A model generated the notes under the pieces. That model did no database searches, had not been told where the DNA came from, and saw nothing but the letters and a program-made list of their open reading frames with translations. Shown piece after piece: positions 1 to 9,764 of a stretch of DNA of 24,000 nucleotides; the stretch's first letter is position 1, and every line of letters begins with the position of its first letter. The stretch is from positions 2,800,530 to 2,824,529 of the forward strand of contig NZ_RWIV01000001.1 in the NCBI RefSeq assembly GCF_003944835.1, written 5' to 3'. The stretch is from Bacillus sp. HMF5848. GTDB taxonomy: Bacteria > Bacillota > Bacilli > Bacillales > HMF5848. Made by a program: the position numbers and the translations under genes.

Positions 1-82
1 CCTGCAACGTTTGAATATGCTGCAATAATTGGAGTTCAAATTGCTGTTTCCATTCTTGCATAAGCATTGAAGGCTCAGGCAT
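1..82 (-). CDS. 5' end (27 codons) of a gene leaving the window; probable polyprenyl/farnesyl diphosphate synthase by position
   Basis: ATG at 80-82 overlaps the xseB stop (TAATG) and reads [27 protein letters not shown]. In Bacillus the gene following xseA-xseB is ispA. Too little sequence is present to confirm by motif. Confidence 0.4.
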   Translation of the reverse strand, partial: MPEPSMLMQEWKQQFELQLLQHIQTLQ

Positions 83-321
83 TATTGATCCTCCTGCACT
101 TGTAATGGATCAACACTTCCATCCTCACGAAGAATTTCATCCATTTCTTTTTCAACAGCTTGAAGTTTTTCATGACATATTTTTGAAAGCTTCATGCCCT
201 CTTTAAAAAATATGATTGCTTCTTCCAAAGGTACATCGCCCTGTTCTAATCGATCGACAATTTGTTCAAGGTTCACCATCGCTTCTTCAAAGGTAACCTG
301 TTTCTCCTCACTTACTGACAT
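82..321 (-). CDS. xseB: Exodeoxyribonuclease VII small subunit
   Basis: 79-aa ORF with the typical XseB N-terminus ([26 protein letters not shown]). It overlaps the xseA 3' end, the standard xseA-xseB arrangement. Confidence 0.93.
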   Translation of the reverse strand: MSVSEEKQVTFEEAMVNLEQIVDRLEQGDVPLEEAIIFFKEGMKLSKICHEKLQAVEKEMDEILREDGSVDPLQVQEDQ

Positions 322-1663
322 TTTTTCTGTCCACTCCTTTAACTTGACAAGCTATAGAACCATCAGCTACTTGTACAGATATCATATCATGTTCTTTTAC
401 TTGGTTTACACTTTTAATAAGCTGTTCCTTCTCGTTATAAACAACACTATATCCCCGCTCCATAACAGCGAGCGGGCTAACAGCATTTAATTTGCCTAAC
501 TGATTGGCGAAAGCTGTATTTGCACCTTTCAAAATCGTGGTCATTTCTTTAATTAGTGTTTTTTCCAATGATTGATGAGCTTGTGTTGCATTTTCATATT
601 GAGCATGTGGATGGTATCTGTTAAGAGTCTTGAATATTTGTTGCAGTTTTTCTTGTTTTTGTTGTAGTAATCTCGTCTGACTTTTATCAAATTGCTCCAT
701 CATTCTATCCAGTTGTTCTTCTTTCTGTCTTAACAGCTGCTCTGGATAACGAAACGCATATGATCGTTGTAGCTTTGCTAATTGATGTTCATACGTATGC
801 ATCTGCTCTCGCATAGAACGAAGTAACCTTGTTTTTCTCTGAAGAAGACGTTCCTGGAGATCCGCAATATGAGGCACAGCGAGTTCCGCTGCACCAGTCG
901 GCGTTGGTGCACGAAGATCTGCTACAAAATCGGCAATAGTGTAATCTGTTTCGTGACCTACTGCTGATATAATAGGAACTTTCGATTTGTATATCTCTCT
1001 TGCAACCACTTCTTCATTAAACGCCCATAGCTCCTCTATAGAACCGCCACCTCGTCCAACAATCATAACATCAAGTGTACCAAGCTTATTTCCTTGTGAT
1101 ATGGCATTCACAATAGATGAAGGCGCATATTCACCTTGTACAATCGCTGGAATCAAAATAATTTTAGCAATGGGATAACGTCTTTTAATTGTCGTCACTA
1201 TATCACGGATAGCCGCCCCGGTTTGTGACGTAATAACTCCAATTGTTCGTGGGAACTTAGGGATGGGCTGTTTATGTGCTTGTGAAAATAGTCCTTCTAG
1301 TTCTAATCGCTTCTTGAGTTCCTCATAAGCTAAATATAAATTTCCGATCCCATCCGCCTGCATTTCTTTAGCATACACTTGATACGTTCCGCTTGGTTCA
1401 TATAAAGATATTTCCCCACGCACAAGAACTTTCATACCTTCTTCTGGCTTAAACGCTAAACCCTTATTATGTGTGGAAAACATGACAGCTTGAATACGTG
1501 CTTGCTCATCTTTAAGAGTGAAATATAAATGACCGCGACTGTGAAGCTTCACATTAGACAGTTCGCCCTTAAGCCATATATCACGAAGATGCTTGTCCAC
1601 ATCAAATTTTCGCTTAATATATTTTGTGAGGGCCGTAACTGTTACATATCTTCTTTCAGTCAT
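308..1663 (-). CDS. xseA: Exodeoxyribonuclease VII large subunit
   Basis: 451-aa ORF with an N-terminal OB-fold region (VSxLTxYIKxxFDxDxxLxxIWLxGELSN) and a long coiled-coil C-terminus. RBS AAGAGGAG lies upstream of the ATG. Confidence 0.95.
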   Translation of the reverse strand: MTERRYVTVTALTKYIKRKFDVDKHLRDIWLKGELSNVKLHSRGHLYFTLKDEQARIQAVMFSTHNKGLAFKPEEGMKVLVRGEISLYEPSGTYQVYAKEMQADGIGNLYLAYEELKKRLELEGLFSQAHKQPIPKFPRTIGVITSQTGAAIRDIVTTIKRRYPIAKIILIPAIVQGEYAPSSIVNAISQGNKLGTLDVMIVGRGGGSIEELWAFNEEVVAREIYKSKVPIISAVGHETDYTIADFVADLRAPTPTGAAELAVPHIADLQERLLQRKTRLLRSMREQMHTYEHQLAKLQRSYAFRYPEQLLRQKEEQLDRMMEQFDKSQTRLLQQKQEKLQQIFKTLNRYHPHAQYENATQAHQSLEKTLIKEMTTILKGANTAFANQLGKLNAVSPLAVMERGYSVVYNEKEQLIKSVNQVKEHDMISVQVADGSIACQVKGVDRKNVSK

Positions 1664-1676
1664 ATTAAGACTCCTC

Positions 1677-2537
1677 TTATGATATTTTTTCTGTATGTAA
1701 TGTCTCTGCGGCTTTTACCGTATTAGCTAGGAGCATCGTAATTGTCATAGGCCCAACTCCACCAGGTACCGGAGTAATATAAGAGGCTTTTTCTACCGCA
1801 CTATCAAAATCGATATCACCCGTTAAAGAACCATTATTTAAACGATTTACTCCTACATCAATAACGAAAGCTCCTTGCTTAATGTAGCTACCATCAATCA
1901 TATGAGCTTTTCCTACAGCTGCTATTAAAATATCTGCTTGTAATGTTATCTCTTTTAAATTTTTTGTTCGTGAGTGACATATAGTGACAGTAGCATGTTG
2001 TTGTAAGAATAATTGACTTACTGGCTTCCCAACAATATTACTTCTTCCGATTACAACGACATGTTTTCCTGATATTTCAAAGCTTTGTCTTTTGACTAGC
2101 TCTAAAATACCTTGAGGTGTACAAGGAACAAACGTATCTTGTCCTGTTAGAAGTCTTCCCACAGAAATAGGATGAAATCCATCCACATCTTTATATGGCG
2201 AAATCCTCTCGATAACTTTTAATTCATTTATGTGCTTTGGCAAAGGTAGTTGTACTAAAATCCCGTGAACAGACTCATCGTTATTTTGTTCATCAATTAA
2301 TTGTAATAACTCTTCTTCTGTAATTGAATCAGACTTAACTATCAGGTTAGACACAATACCTACTTCTTGACAAGCTTTTTGTTTACCTTTTACATAAGAA
2401 TGCGATGCAGGATTATCTCCAATTAAAATCACAGTAAGTGCTGGCTTAATTCCTTCATCTTTCAAGGTCAAAACTTTAGCCTTCAACTCTTCTCGGTAAG
2501 CTGCTGCCACTTGTTTTCCACTTACTATCTCTGCCAT
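1677..2537 (-). CDS. folD: Bifunctional methylenetetrahydrofolate dehydrogenase / methenyl-THF cyclohydrolase
   Basis: 286-aa ORF with FolD motifs (PxLxVILVGDNPASxxYVxxKxKA; GILVQLPLP; VVVIGRSNIVGKP; TPVPGGVGPMTI). RBS GAGAGGAG. Confidence 0.96.
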   Translation of the reverse strand: MAEIVSGKQVAAAYREELKAKVLTLKDEGIKPALTVILIGDNPASHSYVKGKQKACQEVGIVSNLIVKSDSITEEELLQLIDEQNNDESVHGILVQLPLPKHINELKVIERISPYKDVDGFHPISVGRLLTGQDTFVPCTPQGILELVKRQSFEISGKHVVVIGRSNIVGKPVSQLFLQQHATVTICHSRTKNLKEITLQADILIAAVGKAHMIDGSYIKQGAFVIDVGVNRLNNGSLTGDIDFDSAVEKASYITPVPGGVGPMTITMLLANTVKAAETLHTEKIS

Positions 2538-2576
2538 GTAAAGTCTCCTCTCAATTATGTATATGTGCTTGCTCTT

Positions 2577-2969
2577 TTATTTCTCTAGTCCGGACTTTAG
2601 CTTTGATAAAACACCATTAACAAATCTACTTGACTGGTCATCTCCGAAGGTTTTTGCCAATTCGATTGCTTCATCAATACTAACATTGACGGGTATGTCA
2701 TCTAGAAACCTCATTTCATAAGCAGCAATTCTAAGTATGTTGCGGTCAATTCTTGCTAATCTAGATAAAGACCAATTTTCAAGATGCTTCGTAATGAATT
2801 CATCAATGGCTTCTTGTTGCTGAACAACCCCATTTACTAACTCCACTAACAACGAGTGTGGGGACTTGTCCTCTAACACTGCTTCAATAGCCTCTTCAGC
2901 TGAAGTTTTTGTCATATCTATTTGGAACAATGCTTGTAATGCTTTTTCCCTTGCCTGATGGCGATTCAT
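2577..2969 (-). CDS. nusB: Transcription antitermination factor NusB
   Basis: Strong NusB similarity (REKALQALFQ...; AAYEMxFxDDIPVNVSIDEAIELAKxFGDD). The tracked ORF starts at 3029. The homologous start MNRHQAREKAL at 2969 is preceded by AGGAAGGA, so the shorter form is called. Confidence 0.92.
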   Translation of the reverse strand: MNRHQAREKALQALFQIDMTKTSAEEAIEAVLEDKSPHSLLVELVNGVVQQQEAIDEFITKHLENWSLSRLARIDRNILRIAAYEMRFLDDIPVNVSIDEAIELAKTFGDDQSSRFVNGVLSKLKSGLEK

Positions 2970-3290
2970 GTTGTATCGAATCCTTCCTATATCGAAATTT
3001 GTATTATGTATATTATTAACGTTCATCATATCACATTATCACGCATTCATCATCTGTGTATATAATCTCAGCAAATAATCTTAGCTTATTCATTATTTTT
3101 AAAAAAACGGACGTGATATATCACTTTAACGATTTACTGTTTCGTTTTTTATGCATACGCTAATATTTCGTTTTGAGAAAGATTTAACAATAGAATATGC
3201 TTTCTAAAGATATATTTCTAAGAAAGATCAGCGAATACACTATACTAACACTTCAACTTGCAATGTTTGCTTTAGTCTCTTGCTAAATAG

Positions 3291-3318
3291 AAAAAAACTA
3301 CCCCAAAGAGGTAGTTCT
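3291..3318 (-). terminator. Rho-independent terminator after yqhY
   Basis: Minus strand reads AACTACC-TCTTTGG-GGTAGTT followed by a run of 7 T, starting 12 nt after the yqhY stop. Confidence 0.6.
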
Positions 3319-3329
3319 TTTCGATCACA

Positions 3330-3737
3330 TTACATTTCTTCTTCAATATCCACTTCTTGTTTTTGGTTTTCAAACTGAATTCCCACAACGTGAACATTTA
3401 CTTCTTTTACATCTAAAGCTGTCATATTAACTAATGCTTCACGAATATTGTCTTGAACTTTTTTCGCAACAGTTGGAATAGATACACCAAACGTCATTGA
3501 ACAATATACGTCTAACACTATTCCTTCCTCGGCAAGCTCTACTTTAATACCTTTACCATGATTCTTTTTTCCTAATCGCTCAACAACACCTGCAGCAAAG
3601 TTACCGCGCATTTGCGCTACTCCTTCAACTTCAGACGCAGCAATACCAGCAATAACTTCAATTACTTCAGGAGCAATCTCAACTTTTCCTAAGCCAGTCT
3701 CCCCTGGATTCATATCTAGCAAATTATTTTCCGTCAA
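3330..3737 (-). CDS. yqhY: Asp23/Gls24 family (alkaline shock protein-like) envelope stress protein
   Basis: 135-aa ORF with the typical Asp23 core (GKVEIAPEVIEVIAGIAASEVEGV). TTG start 6 nt after GGAGGTG. It holds the same position as B. subtilis yqhY, between accC and nusB. Confidence 0.88.
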   Translation of the reverse strand: MTENNLLDMNPGETGLGKVEIAPEVIEVIAGIAASEVEGVAQMRGNFAAGVVERLGKKNHGKGIKVELAEEGIVLDVYCSMTFGVSIPTVAKKVQDNIREALVNMTALDVKEVNVHVVGIQFENQKQEVDIEEEM

Positions 3738-3761
3738 GCTAATGCACCTCCTTATTATAGT

Positions 3762-5114
3762 CTATGACTTCATGATGTCGTACATTTCTAAAAATTTTGT
3801 ATTAAATTCGCCACCAATAAATTTCTCATGGTCCATTAATTTTATATGGAAAGGTATAGTTGTGTAAACACCTTCTATAACAAATTCACTTAATGCACGT
3901 TTCATACGAGCGATTGCTTCTTCACGTGTAGGTGCATGCACAATTAATTTTGCAACCATAGAATCGTAAAATGGCGGAATCATATAGCCAGGATAACAGG
4001 CTGAGTCAACGCGTACCCCATAGCCACCTGGTGGTAAGTACATGTTGATTCTACCTGGTGACGGCATAAAATTCTTTTCAGGGTTTTCTGCATTAATCCG
4101 ACATTCAATCGCCCAACCGTTAAACGTAATATCTTCTTGCTTCATTGCTAATGGTTTACCTGATGCAATTAAAAGCATTTCTCTAATTAAATCGACACCT
4201 GATACCATCTCTGTAACAGGATGCTCAACTTGTATGCGTGTATTCATTTCCATAAAGTAAAACTTTTTCTCACGATAATCGAAAATGAATTCAACTGTCC
4301 CAGCACCAGTATAATTTACAGCTAACGCAGCCTTAACTGCCGCGTCACCCATCTGTTGACGAAGGTCTTCTGTAATAGCTGGCGAAGGTGTTTCCTCAAG
4401 AAGCTTTTGCATTCGTCTTTGTATAGTACAATCGCGTTCACCTAAATGTACAGCATGTCCAAAGGAATCTGCAAGTATTTGAATTTCAACGTGACGGAAA
4501 TCTTCGATGAATTTTTCAATATAAACACCAGGGTTGCCAAACGCCGTCGCAGCTTCCTGCTGTGTCACATTTATACCTTTTATCAGCTCCTGCTCGTTCT
4601 TGGCGACGCGAATTCCTTTTCCACCGCCACCTGCAGTAGCTTTAATTATAACTGGGTAGCCAATCTTGTTTGCTAATTCAATGGCATCTTCTGTATCTTT
4701 AATAATACCTTTTGAACCTGGCACAATAGGCACACCAGCTTCACGCATTGTTTCTCTCGCAACGTCTTTTGTTCCCATTGCTTTGATCGCTTCAGGCGAA
4801 GGACCGATAAACGTAATATTACATTCGCGGCATAGCTCAGCAAAATTAGCATTCTCAGCTAAAAACCCATAGCCGGGATGTATTCCGTCACTACCGGTTA
4901 ATGTTGCTACACTTACGATATTTGTAAAATTCAAATAGCTATCTTTTGAGGCTGTTGGCCCAATGCAATACGCCTCATCTGCTAGCTGGACGTGTAGTGC
5001 ATCACGATCTGCTTCTGAAAAAACAGCGACCGTTTCAATGCCAAGCTCTTTACAAGCACGAATAATTCGTACTGCTATTTCCCCACGATTTGCGATGAGC
5101 ACTTTTCGTAACAT
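3762..5114 (-). CDS. accC: Acetyl-CoA carboxylase, biotin carboxylase subunit
   Basis: 450-aa ORF with ATP-grasp biotin carboxylase motifs ([18 protein letters not shown]; GGGGKGIR; [14 protein letters not shown]). Confidence 0.97.
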   Translation of the reverse strand: MLRKVLIANRGEIAVRIIRACKELGIETVAVFSEADRDALHVQLADEAYCIGPTASKDSYLNFTNIVSVATLTGSDGIHPGYGFLAENANFAELCRECNITFIGPSPEAIKAMGTKDVARETMREAGVPIVPGSKGIIKDTEDAIELANKIGYPVIIKATAGGGGKGIRVAKNEQELIKGINVTQQEAATAFGNPGVYIEKFIEDFRHVEIQILADSFGHAVHLGERDCTIQRRMQKLLEETPSPAITEDLRQQMGDAAVKAALAVNYTGAGTVEFIFDYREKKFYFMEMNTRIQVEHPVTEMVSGVDLIREMLLIASGKPLAMKQEDITFNGWAIECRINAENPEKNFMPSPGRINMYLPPGGYGVRVDSACYPGYMIPPFYDSMVAKLIVHAPTREEAIARMKRALSEFVIEGVYTTIPFHIKLMDHEKFIGGEFNTKFLEMYDIMKS

Positions 5115-5127
5115 TCTTCCTCACCCC

Positions 5128-5646
5128 TTATTCAGGTTTCACTAAAAAGAGCGGTTGGCCATATTCAACTAATTGGCCGTTTTTCACAAGCACCTCTACA
5201 ACTTCACCTGCTACTTCAGCTTCAATTTCATTAAATAACTTCATAGCCTCAACAATACACACTACTGTATCATTTGTAATCTTATCACCTGGTTTCACAT
5301 AGACTGGTGCATCAGGGTTTGGTGATGAATAGAACGTCCCTACCATTGGCGACGTAATTTTATGTAAGTTGTCAGCCTCCGCGACTGTTTCCTCTTTTCC
5401 CGTTTCCTTCACTTCTTCCTTAACCGGTGGTTTTGGCGCTTCCGCTTGCGGAGCTGGTTGAACTGGTGCAGATACACTTTGCGCTACCGGCTCTGCGACT
5501 GTTACAGATGGCACAGCTTGCACAGAAACACCGGTTCCTGGCTTTTTCATTTTCACCTTCGTTCCATCACTCTCAAAAACAAATTCTTCAATGTTTGACT
5601 GATCAACTAACCGAATCAACTCTCGAATTTCCTGGATCTTTAACAT
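5128..5646 (-). CDS. accB: Acetyl-CoA carboxylase, biotin carboxyl carrier protein
   Basis: 172-aa ORF with a Pro/Ala-rich linker and the biotinyl-lysine motif [14 protein letters not shown]. Confidence 0.96.
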   Translation of the reverse strand: MLKIQEIRELIRLVDQSNIEEFVFESDGTKVKMKKPGTGVSVQAVPSVTVAEPVAQSVSAPVQPAPQAEAPKPPVKEEVKETGKEETVAEADNLHKITSPMVGTFYSSPNPDAPVYVKPGDKITNDTVVCIVEAMKLFNEIEAEVAGEVVEVLVKNGQLVEYGQPLFLVKPE

Positions 5647-5694
5647 GAGTCACACCCCTTATCCGATTTTTTGGAAAAAGTATACTACGTTACC

Positions 5695-5723
5695 ATGATA
5701 CGACAGTCGTATACACCATTCAA
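5695..5723 (-). promoter_or_regulatory. Candidate sigma-A promoter for accBC
   Basis: Minus strand reads TTGAAT, a 17-nt spacer, then TATCAT. The -10 lies about 50 nt upstream of the accB ATG. Motif match only. Confidence 0.3.
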
Positions 5724-6015
5724 TACTATTATGAATACGTTCATTAAAAATTCTAAATATTAACAGAAAAAAGGTCGAAGTATAATGAGTCTTTCTTAAA
5801 GCATTTTCAATTCTCGAGCTCATACCATCATTTAAATCATTTATTTAAGGATAACCTTTTGTTAAATTGCATCAATATTTATGTACGAACGTGACGAATA
5901 TCATTATACCATACAGATAGTATTAATGAACAGCAAAAATAGTATCTAGTTCTAGTACCTTATTATATTATAAGTCATCAAATGATCTCTTACTACCCAT
6001 CCTTAGCACACGAAA

Positions 6016-6040
6016 GTAGCACACCTCCTCAGTGTGCTAC
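6016..6040 (-). terminator. Hairpin terminator after spoIIIAH
   Basis: Perfect 9-bp stem GTAGCACAC / GTGTGCTAC with a 7-nt loop, 20 nt past the spoIIIAH stop. The downstream U-tract is weak (TTTCGTGTG). A second TAGCACAC copy at 6004-6011 could allow alternative pairing. Confidence 0.5.
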
Positions 6041-6060
6041 TAATCTAACTTTCTATAAAA

Positions 6061-6648
6061 TTATTCGCTTACTGGTGGCAAGAAACTTACATACACATCA
6101 TTAATTCCTTTTATTTCTTGACGAACCATGTGCATAATATCATTTGCTTCTTTTGCTGATAACTGTTCGGACTGGACAGTTACCTTTACATGATTATCTT
6201 CAGCGTACACTAACGCTTCAGAAAAACCTAATTCGCTTTTTATTAATGTTTCGATGATTTTTTCTTTTTCCATAATATAAGTTAGATCTTGTAATTTTTC
6301 GCTCGCCTCATTAATCTTGTCTGTTGGTAAATTTGTTGATGCCATAATTGAAGTTAAATTCTCTTGTATACGACTTCTAGAGTCCTCATATTGCATACGT
6401 GCTGTCATGAAGAAGTCGTTTGTTGCCAAACTGGATGTGACAGATCCATCCTCTGCTTGCTCTACAGTTCCATTACTCTCACCTATCGTTGCCATATCTT
6501 CAGTTTGTTGCATCTCATTCTCTTGGGCTACATCTTGTTCGGTATAAGCAAGCTCATCCTCTACAGGTGAAGTTATATAATATACAGATAGAACAGCTAC
6601 AAGGCTCAACATAGTTAACAACCAAACAGTTTGCTTTTTCAATAACAT
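6061..6648 (-). CDS. spoIIIAH: Stage III sporulation protein AH (forespore feeding-channel component)
   Basis: N-terminus MLLKKQTVWLLTMLSLVAVLSVYYI is almost identical to B. subtilis SpoIIIAH, followed by an acidic linker and a C-terminal YscJ-like domain. The start at 6648 is preceded by AAGGGGGAA. The longer tracked ORF (to 6705) overlaps spoIIIAG and is not supported. Confidence 0.93.
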   Translation of the reverse strand: MLLKKQTVWLLTMLSLVAVLSVYYITSPVEDELAYTEQDVAQENEMQQTEDMATIGESNGTVEQAEDGSVTSSLATNDFFMTARMQYEDSRSRIQENLTSIMASTNLPTDKINEASEKLQDLTYIMEKEKIIETLIKSELGFSEALVYAEDNHVKVTVQSEQLSAKEANDIMHMVRQEIKGINDVYVSFLPPVSE

Positions 6649-6649
6649 T

Positions 6650-7315
6650 TTAAGATTCCCCCTTATCTTTTTTCGGTAAAACTGCAACACGGTGTACCGG
6701 TACATCTAGAACACTCGTTACTGCTTCAAGTATCCATTTTTTCACTTGTACATTATCAGCACCGTTTGCTACAATCAAAACCCCTCGTATTTCAGGTTTT
6801 TTTGTTTTTAAAATAATTGGTACTTCTTGTTCTCCATTTCGAATAACGACAACTTGCTCATCCCTAGAAACATCTTCGACTCTGCGCTTACCACCCTCTC
6901 GATCTGTTTCATCGGTTGTTTGATTTTGTGTTACTATATTTTTCTCTAGCACTTTCGATTCAGTTGCATCAACATTAACGACGATAGTCACATCACTTAC
7001 ACCGACTATTTCATCTAAAGCTTCCTTTAGCTGGTTCTCATACATTCGTTCGTACTCTAAAATAGTTTGTGGGTTGCTTTCTTCCTTTTGTCCAAACGTG
7101 GCCACATCTTCATTTGGTGCGGTAGCATTAAAGGTTGGCACAGCATCATTCCTGTTCGTACCTGCAAACCAATTTCCAAACATCATAAGAGTAACACCAG
7201 CTACAAGGATTATGATGGCATAACGCCACTTTGTTACTGGTTGTGAAGGTGGTGATTCGCCATCTTTTTTTATAAATGATTGTATTTTCTGCCACCATGT
7301 ACTATTTTGACTCAT
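6650..7315 (-). CDS. spoIIIAG: Stage III sporulation protein AG
   Basis: 221-aa ORF with an N-terminal TM helix and a C-terminal ring-building motif region (VRGVLIVANGADN). Operon position matches. RBS GGGGGGAGGA. Confidence 0.92.
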   Translation of the reverse strand: MSQNSTWWQKIQSFIKKDGESPPSQPVTKWRYAIIILVAGVTLMMFGNWFAGTNRNDAVPTFNATAPNEDVATFGQKEESNPQTILEYERMYENQLKEALDEIVGVSDVTIVVNVDATESKVLEKNIVTQNQTTDETDREGGKRRVEDVSRDEQVVVIRNGEQEVPIILKTKKPEIRGVLIVANGADNVQVKKWILEAVTSVLDVPVHRVAVLPKKDKGES

Positions 7316-7319
7316 ATGT

Positions 7320-7937
7320 TTAATCCTCCCCCCCTTTTACATGTATGGAAATTTTGCTCTCATCTACACCCCATTTAATACTTAAAAATTTAAGCACAGG
7401 AGAATAATCTTCTTTATTTTTTATAGGTTCATGTGGTTGATTAGTATCAATGGTAATAGGCTTGACAACTGCAACTGCATTCTCTTGCCGACCTTCTGAT
7501 ACTACTACTTGAACATTCACATTTTGATTTGTTAAATCTAAGTCAGAACCATTCTCCTCGACGCTTAGTATGACATCTTCCACCTTTAACCCATATTCTT
7601 GCACCAACTCCTCCTGTATGTCCGTTTCCATTTGGACAGCCATTTGTTCTAAAATATATGCATGTTGTGAGGCTTGTATTTCTTTTTTCTTCATTTCTAT
7701 TAAATTTTCTATATTTTCATCGTTTTTTGTCTCTGGAATAGTTATCGCTGTGATTACATCATCAAAGTCTCTATTTATTAACTGCATTATTGGTTGGAAA
7801 ACGACCATCAATAATAACAATCCTGTTACCATCTTCACATATTTTTGGAACGATGATTTAGGAAGAAGCATGTCCATCACAGTGGCCAATAAGATAAACA
7901 AAATTATGTTTTTAATCCAATCTGTAATAAACGCCAA
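7320..7937 (-). CDS. spoIIIAF: Stage III sporulation protein AF
   Basis: 205-aa ORF. N-terminus FITDWIKNIILFILLATVMDMLLP matches SpoIIIAF. TTG start 5 nt after GAGGAGGGA. Confidence 0.92.
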   Translation of the reverse strand: MAFITDWIKNIILFILLATVMDMLLPKSSFQKYVKMVTGLLLLMVVFQPIMQLINRDFDDVITAITIPETKNDENIENLIEMKKKEIQASQHAYILEQMAVQMETDIQEELVQEYGLKVEDVILSVEENGSDLDLTNQNVNVQVVVSEGRQENAVAVVKPITIDTNQPHEPIKNKEDYSPVLKFLSIKWGVDESKISIHVKGGED

Positions 7938-7949
7938 TCTTATCCCTCC

Positions 7950-9119
7950 TCACCGCATCATCATAGTAATATTTCCAGCTGCGATAATAACGGTAATACT
8001 CAAAAAGAACATTAAAGACACTATCGCTAATGCAGCAAAAATATAAATGACCGATTTACTAATAATATTTAAGCAAGCAATAACAGGACCGCCCCCCAAT
8101 GGTTGTAGGATTGCAGCGGCAAATTTATAAATGAAAGCCAAGGCGAATACTTTTAAAGCTGGAAATGCAGCTAATAAAAGCAAAATAGCAACTCCAGCAA
8201 TCCCGACAGTATTTTTCAATACAACCGAAGCACTTATAACAGTATCTGCAGCATCAGTAAACGCACGGCCTAACACTGGTATGAAATTAGATGTAATAAA
8301 CTTTGCCGTCTGTACAGTTAGGCCATCCGTTGCTGCTGATGTAGCCCCTTGCACGGAGATGACACCAAGGAAAATAGTCAAAAAGGTAGCTAATGTTCCT
8401 ATACTAATATTTCTTAGTAGATCAGCTAACTGGGTCGCTTTATAGTTTTCACTTATCGTACTTACTATAGAAAGTAAGGCGGATAGGAATATTAAAGGAA
8501 GTACAAAATATTGAATCAAAAGACCGCTTGTATTCATCATAAATATGATAATTGGATGAAAAAATGCTGCTGAGATTGCTCCTCCACTAGTTGCTAATAG
8601 AGCAATTAACAATGGAAGCAAGGCGATAATAAAATTACTCATACTTTTTATAGCTGTTTCTGTGTATGAGATGGCAACATGAAAGCTATTTAATGCAATA
8701 ATGATTAACACTAAATAAACGAGGGCATAAGCTACTTTACTAACCGTGCTGTTTTCGAACGCATTCTGTAGATTTTGCAAAAACATACTAAACACTGTTA
8801 GCAAAATTAATGTTCCTAGAAGCTTGCCATTAGCAAGAAGCTCATACATTAAAAATTTTAAAAATCCAGCAAACCAATCTTTTAATGAGAATTGCTTTTC
8901 ACCCTTAATAAACTCATATAAAGTGCCCTTCTGACTTTCCGGCAAAAACCCACCATATTTCGTAACTATTTCATTCCAGTATTGTTCAACCTCATGTAAA
9001 CCTAGCTTGTCCAACTGTTGTTCAACGAGATTATCTGGTTGTGCTGCTGCATGACCAGGAGGGGCAGGTAGAAACAAGAAGAATACAGCTCCTATGACAA
9101 TCAAAATAATTCGCTTCAT
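7950..9119 (-). CDS. spoIIIAE: Stage III sporulation protein AE (polytopic membrane protein)
   Basis: 389-aa ORF with a signal peptide and multiple TM helices. Operon position and size match SpoIIIAE. Confidence 0.93.
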   Translation of the reverse strand: MKRIILIVIGAVFFLFLPAPPGHAAAQPDNLVEQQLDKLGLHEVEQYWNEIVTKYGGFLPESQKGTLYEFIKGEKQFSLKDWFAGFLKFLMYELLANGKLLGTLILLTVFSMFLQNLQNAFENSTVSKVAYALVYLVLIIIALNSFHVAISYTETAIKSMSNFIIALLPLLIALLATSGGAISAAFFHPIIIFMMNTSGLLIQYFVLPLIFLSALLSIVSTISENYKATQLADLLRNISIGTLATFLTIFLGVISVQGATSAATDGLTVQTAKFITSNFIPVLGRAFTDAADTVISASVVLKNTVGIAGVAILLLLAAFPALKVFALAFIYKFAAAILQPLGGGPVIACLNIISKSVIYIFAALAIVSLMFFLSITVIIAAGNITMMMR

Positions 9120-9133
9120 TGTTTCACCCCTAG

Positions 9134-9523
9134 TTAAGAAGGTATAAGCCCAATTATCGTTTCAATAATCGCTGTTAATATGGGAATTGCCATTGCTAAA
9201 ATTAAAATTTTTCCACCTAATTCAATTTTAGAAGCAATGGCACCTTGGCCTGCATCCTTCGTTATTTGAACTGCAAATTCAGCAATATAGGCAATACCTA
9301 TAATTTTTAGAATTGTTTCTACATAAATTAAATTCACATTTGAATTTATAGCTATTCTTTCAAGCATTCGAATAATATTTACAATCTGGTCCAGGAGGAA
9401 CAAAAAAATCGCAACTCCTGCAAAAACAACAAGAAGAAAGGCGAAATTAGGCTTTTGTTCCTTCAGGACCAGTGCGAGAAAGGTCACAACAAGTCCGAAC
9501 CCAACAATTTGTAATATTTCGAT
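9134..9523 (-). CDS. spoIIIAD: Stage III sporulation protein AD
   Basis: Strong SpoIIIAD similarity (LKEQKPxFAFLLVVFAG; VETILKIIGIAYIAEF; DAGQGAIASKIELGGKILIL). The first canonical start (GTG, 9487) would remove conserved residues IEILQIVGFGLVV that are in frame upstream. That extension has no ATG/GTG/TTG, so the start is probably ATC at 9521-9523, 8 nt after AAAGGAGGGGG. The 5' end is uncertain. Confidence 0.85.
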   Translation of the reverse strand: MEILQIVGFGLVVTFLALVLKEQKPNFAFLLVVFAGVAIFLFLLDQIVNIIRMLERIAINSNVNLIYVETILKIIGIAYIAEFAVQITKDAGQGAIASKIELGGKILILAMAIPILTAIIETIIGLIPS

Positions 9524-9541
9524 AGCCGCCCCCTCCTTTTA

Positions 9542-9748
9542 CTAGCCTTGGAACAGGAATACCGATTTAATTTTTTGAAAAAGATCTTGGACGATGCTTG
9601 CGACCATAAACAAAATATAAATAAAACCTAATAAAGTCACCCATTGCGCATATTCCTTTTTCCCCATTTGTTCAAGAACCGTAACTAAAAACGCTACCAC
9701 TATACCAATACCTGCAATTCTAAAAATTACGTCTACATCAATTCCCAT
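9542..9748 (-). CDS. spoIIIAC: Stage III sporulation protein AC
   Basis: 68-aa two-TM protein nearly identical in pattern to B. subtilis SpoIIIAC (GKKEYAQWVTLLGFIYILFMVA; ends VFLFQG). RBS CAGGAGGA. Confidence 0.94.
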   Translation of the reverse strand: MGIDVDVIFRIAGIGIVVAFLVTVLEQMGKKEYAQWVTLLGFIYILFMVASIVQDLFQKIKSVFLFQG

Positions 9749-9764
9749 CTTTATCCTCCTGTCG

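Noticed and set aside
194-490. Antisense or alternate-frame tracked ORFs inside well-supported genes. These are 194-490, 987-1178, 1529-1726, 4042-4260, 4446-4676, 4666-4872, 4963-5145, 5427-5648, 6317-6547, 6364-6570, 7570-8046, 8131-8445, 8746-8934, 10141-10341, 11318-11620, 12234-12416, 12260-12640, 14306-14509, 17935-18132, 19989-20201, 23219-23425 and 23458-23787.
   Set aside because: All lie within or opposite strongly homologous genes. They lack RBSs, have low-complexity or Cys/Ser-rich composition typical of shadow ORFs, and none shows a recognisable motif.
2970-3029. N-terminal extensions of tracked ORFs: nusB to 3029, spoIIIAH to 6705, yqhV to 11649, aroQ to 14125, yqhR to 14736 and mntR to 17985
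   Set aside because: The extensions have no similarity to the known proteins. In each case an internal start aligned with the homologue N-terminus has a well-spaced Shine-Dalgarno sequence.
3113-3124. Perfect 12-bp palindrome GTGATATATCAC followed (minus strand) by a T-run, between yqhY and nusB
   Set aside because: As a hairpin it would have a 5-bp stem with a 2-nt loop, which is too strained for a terminator. As an operator it matches no consensus I can name. A convincing yqhY terminator already exists at 3291-3318.
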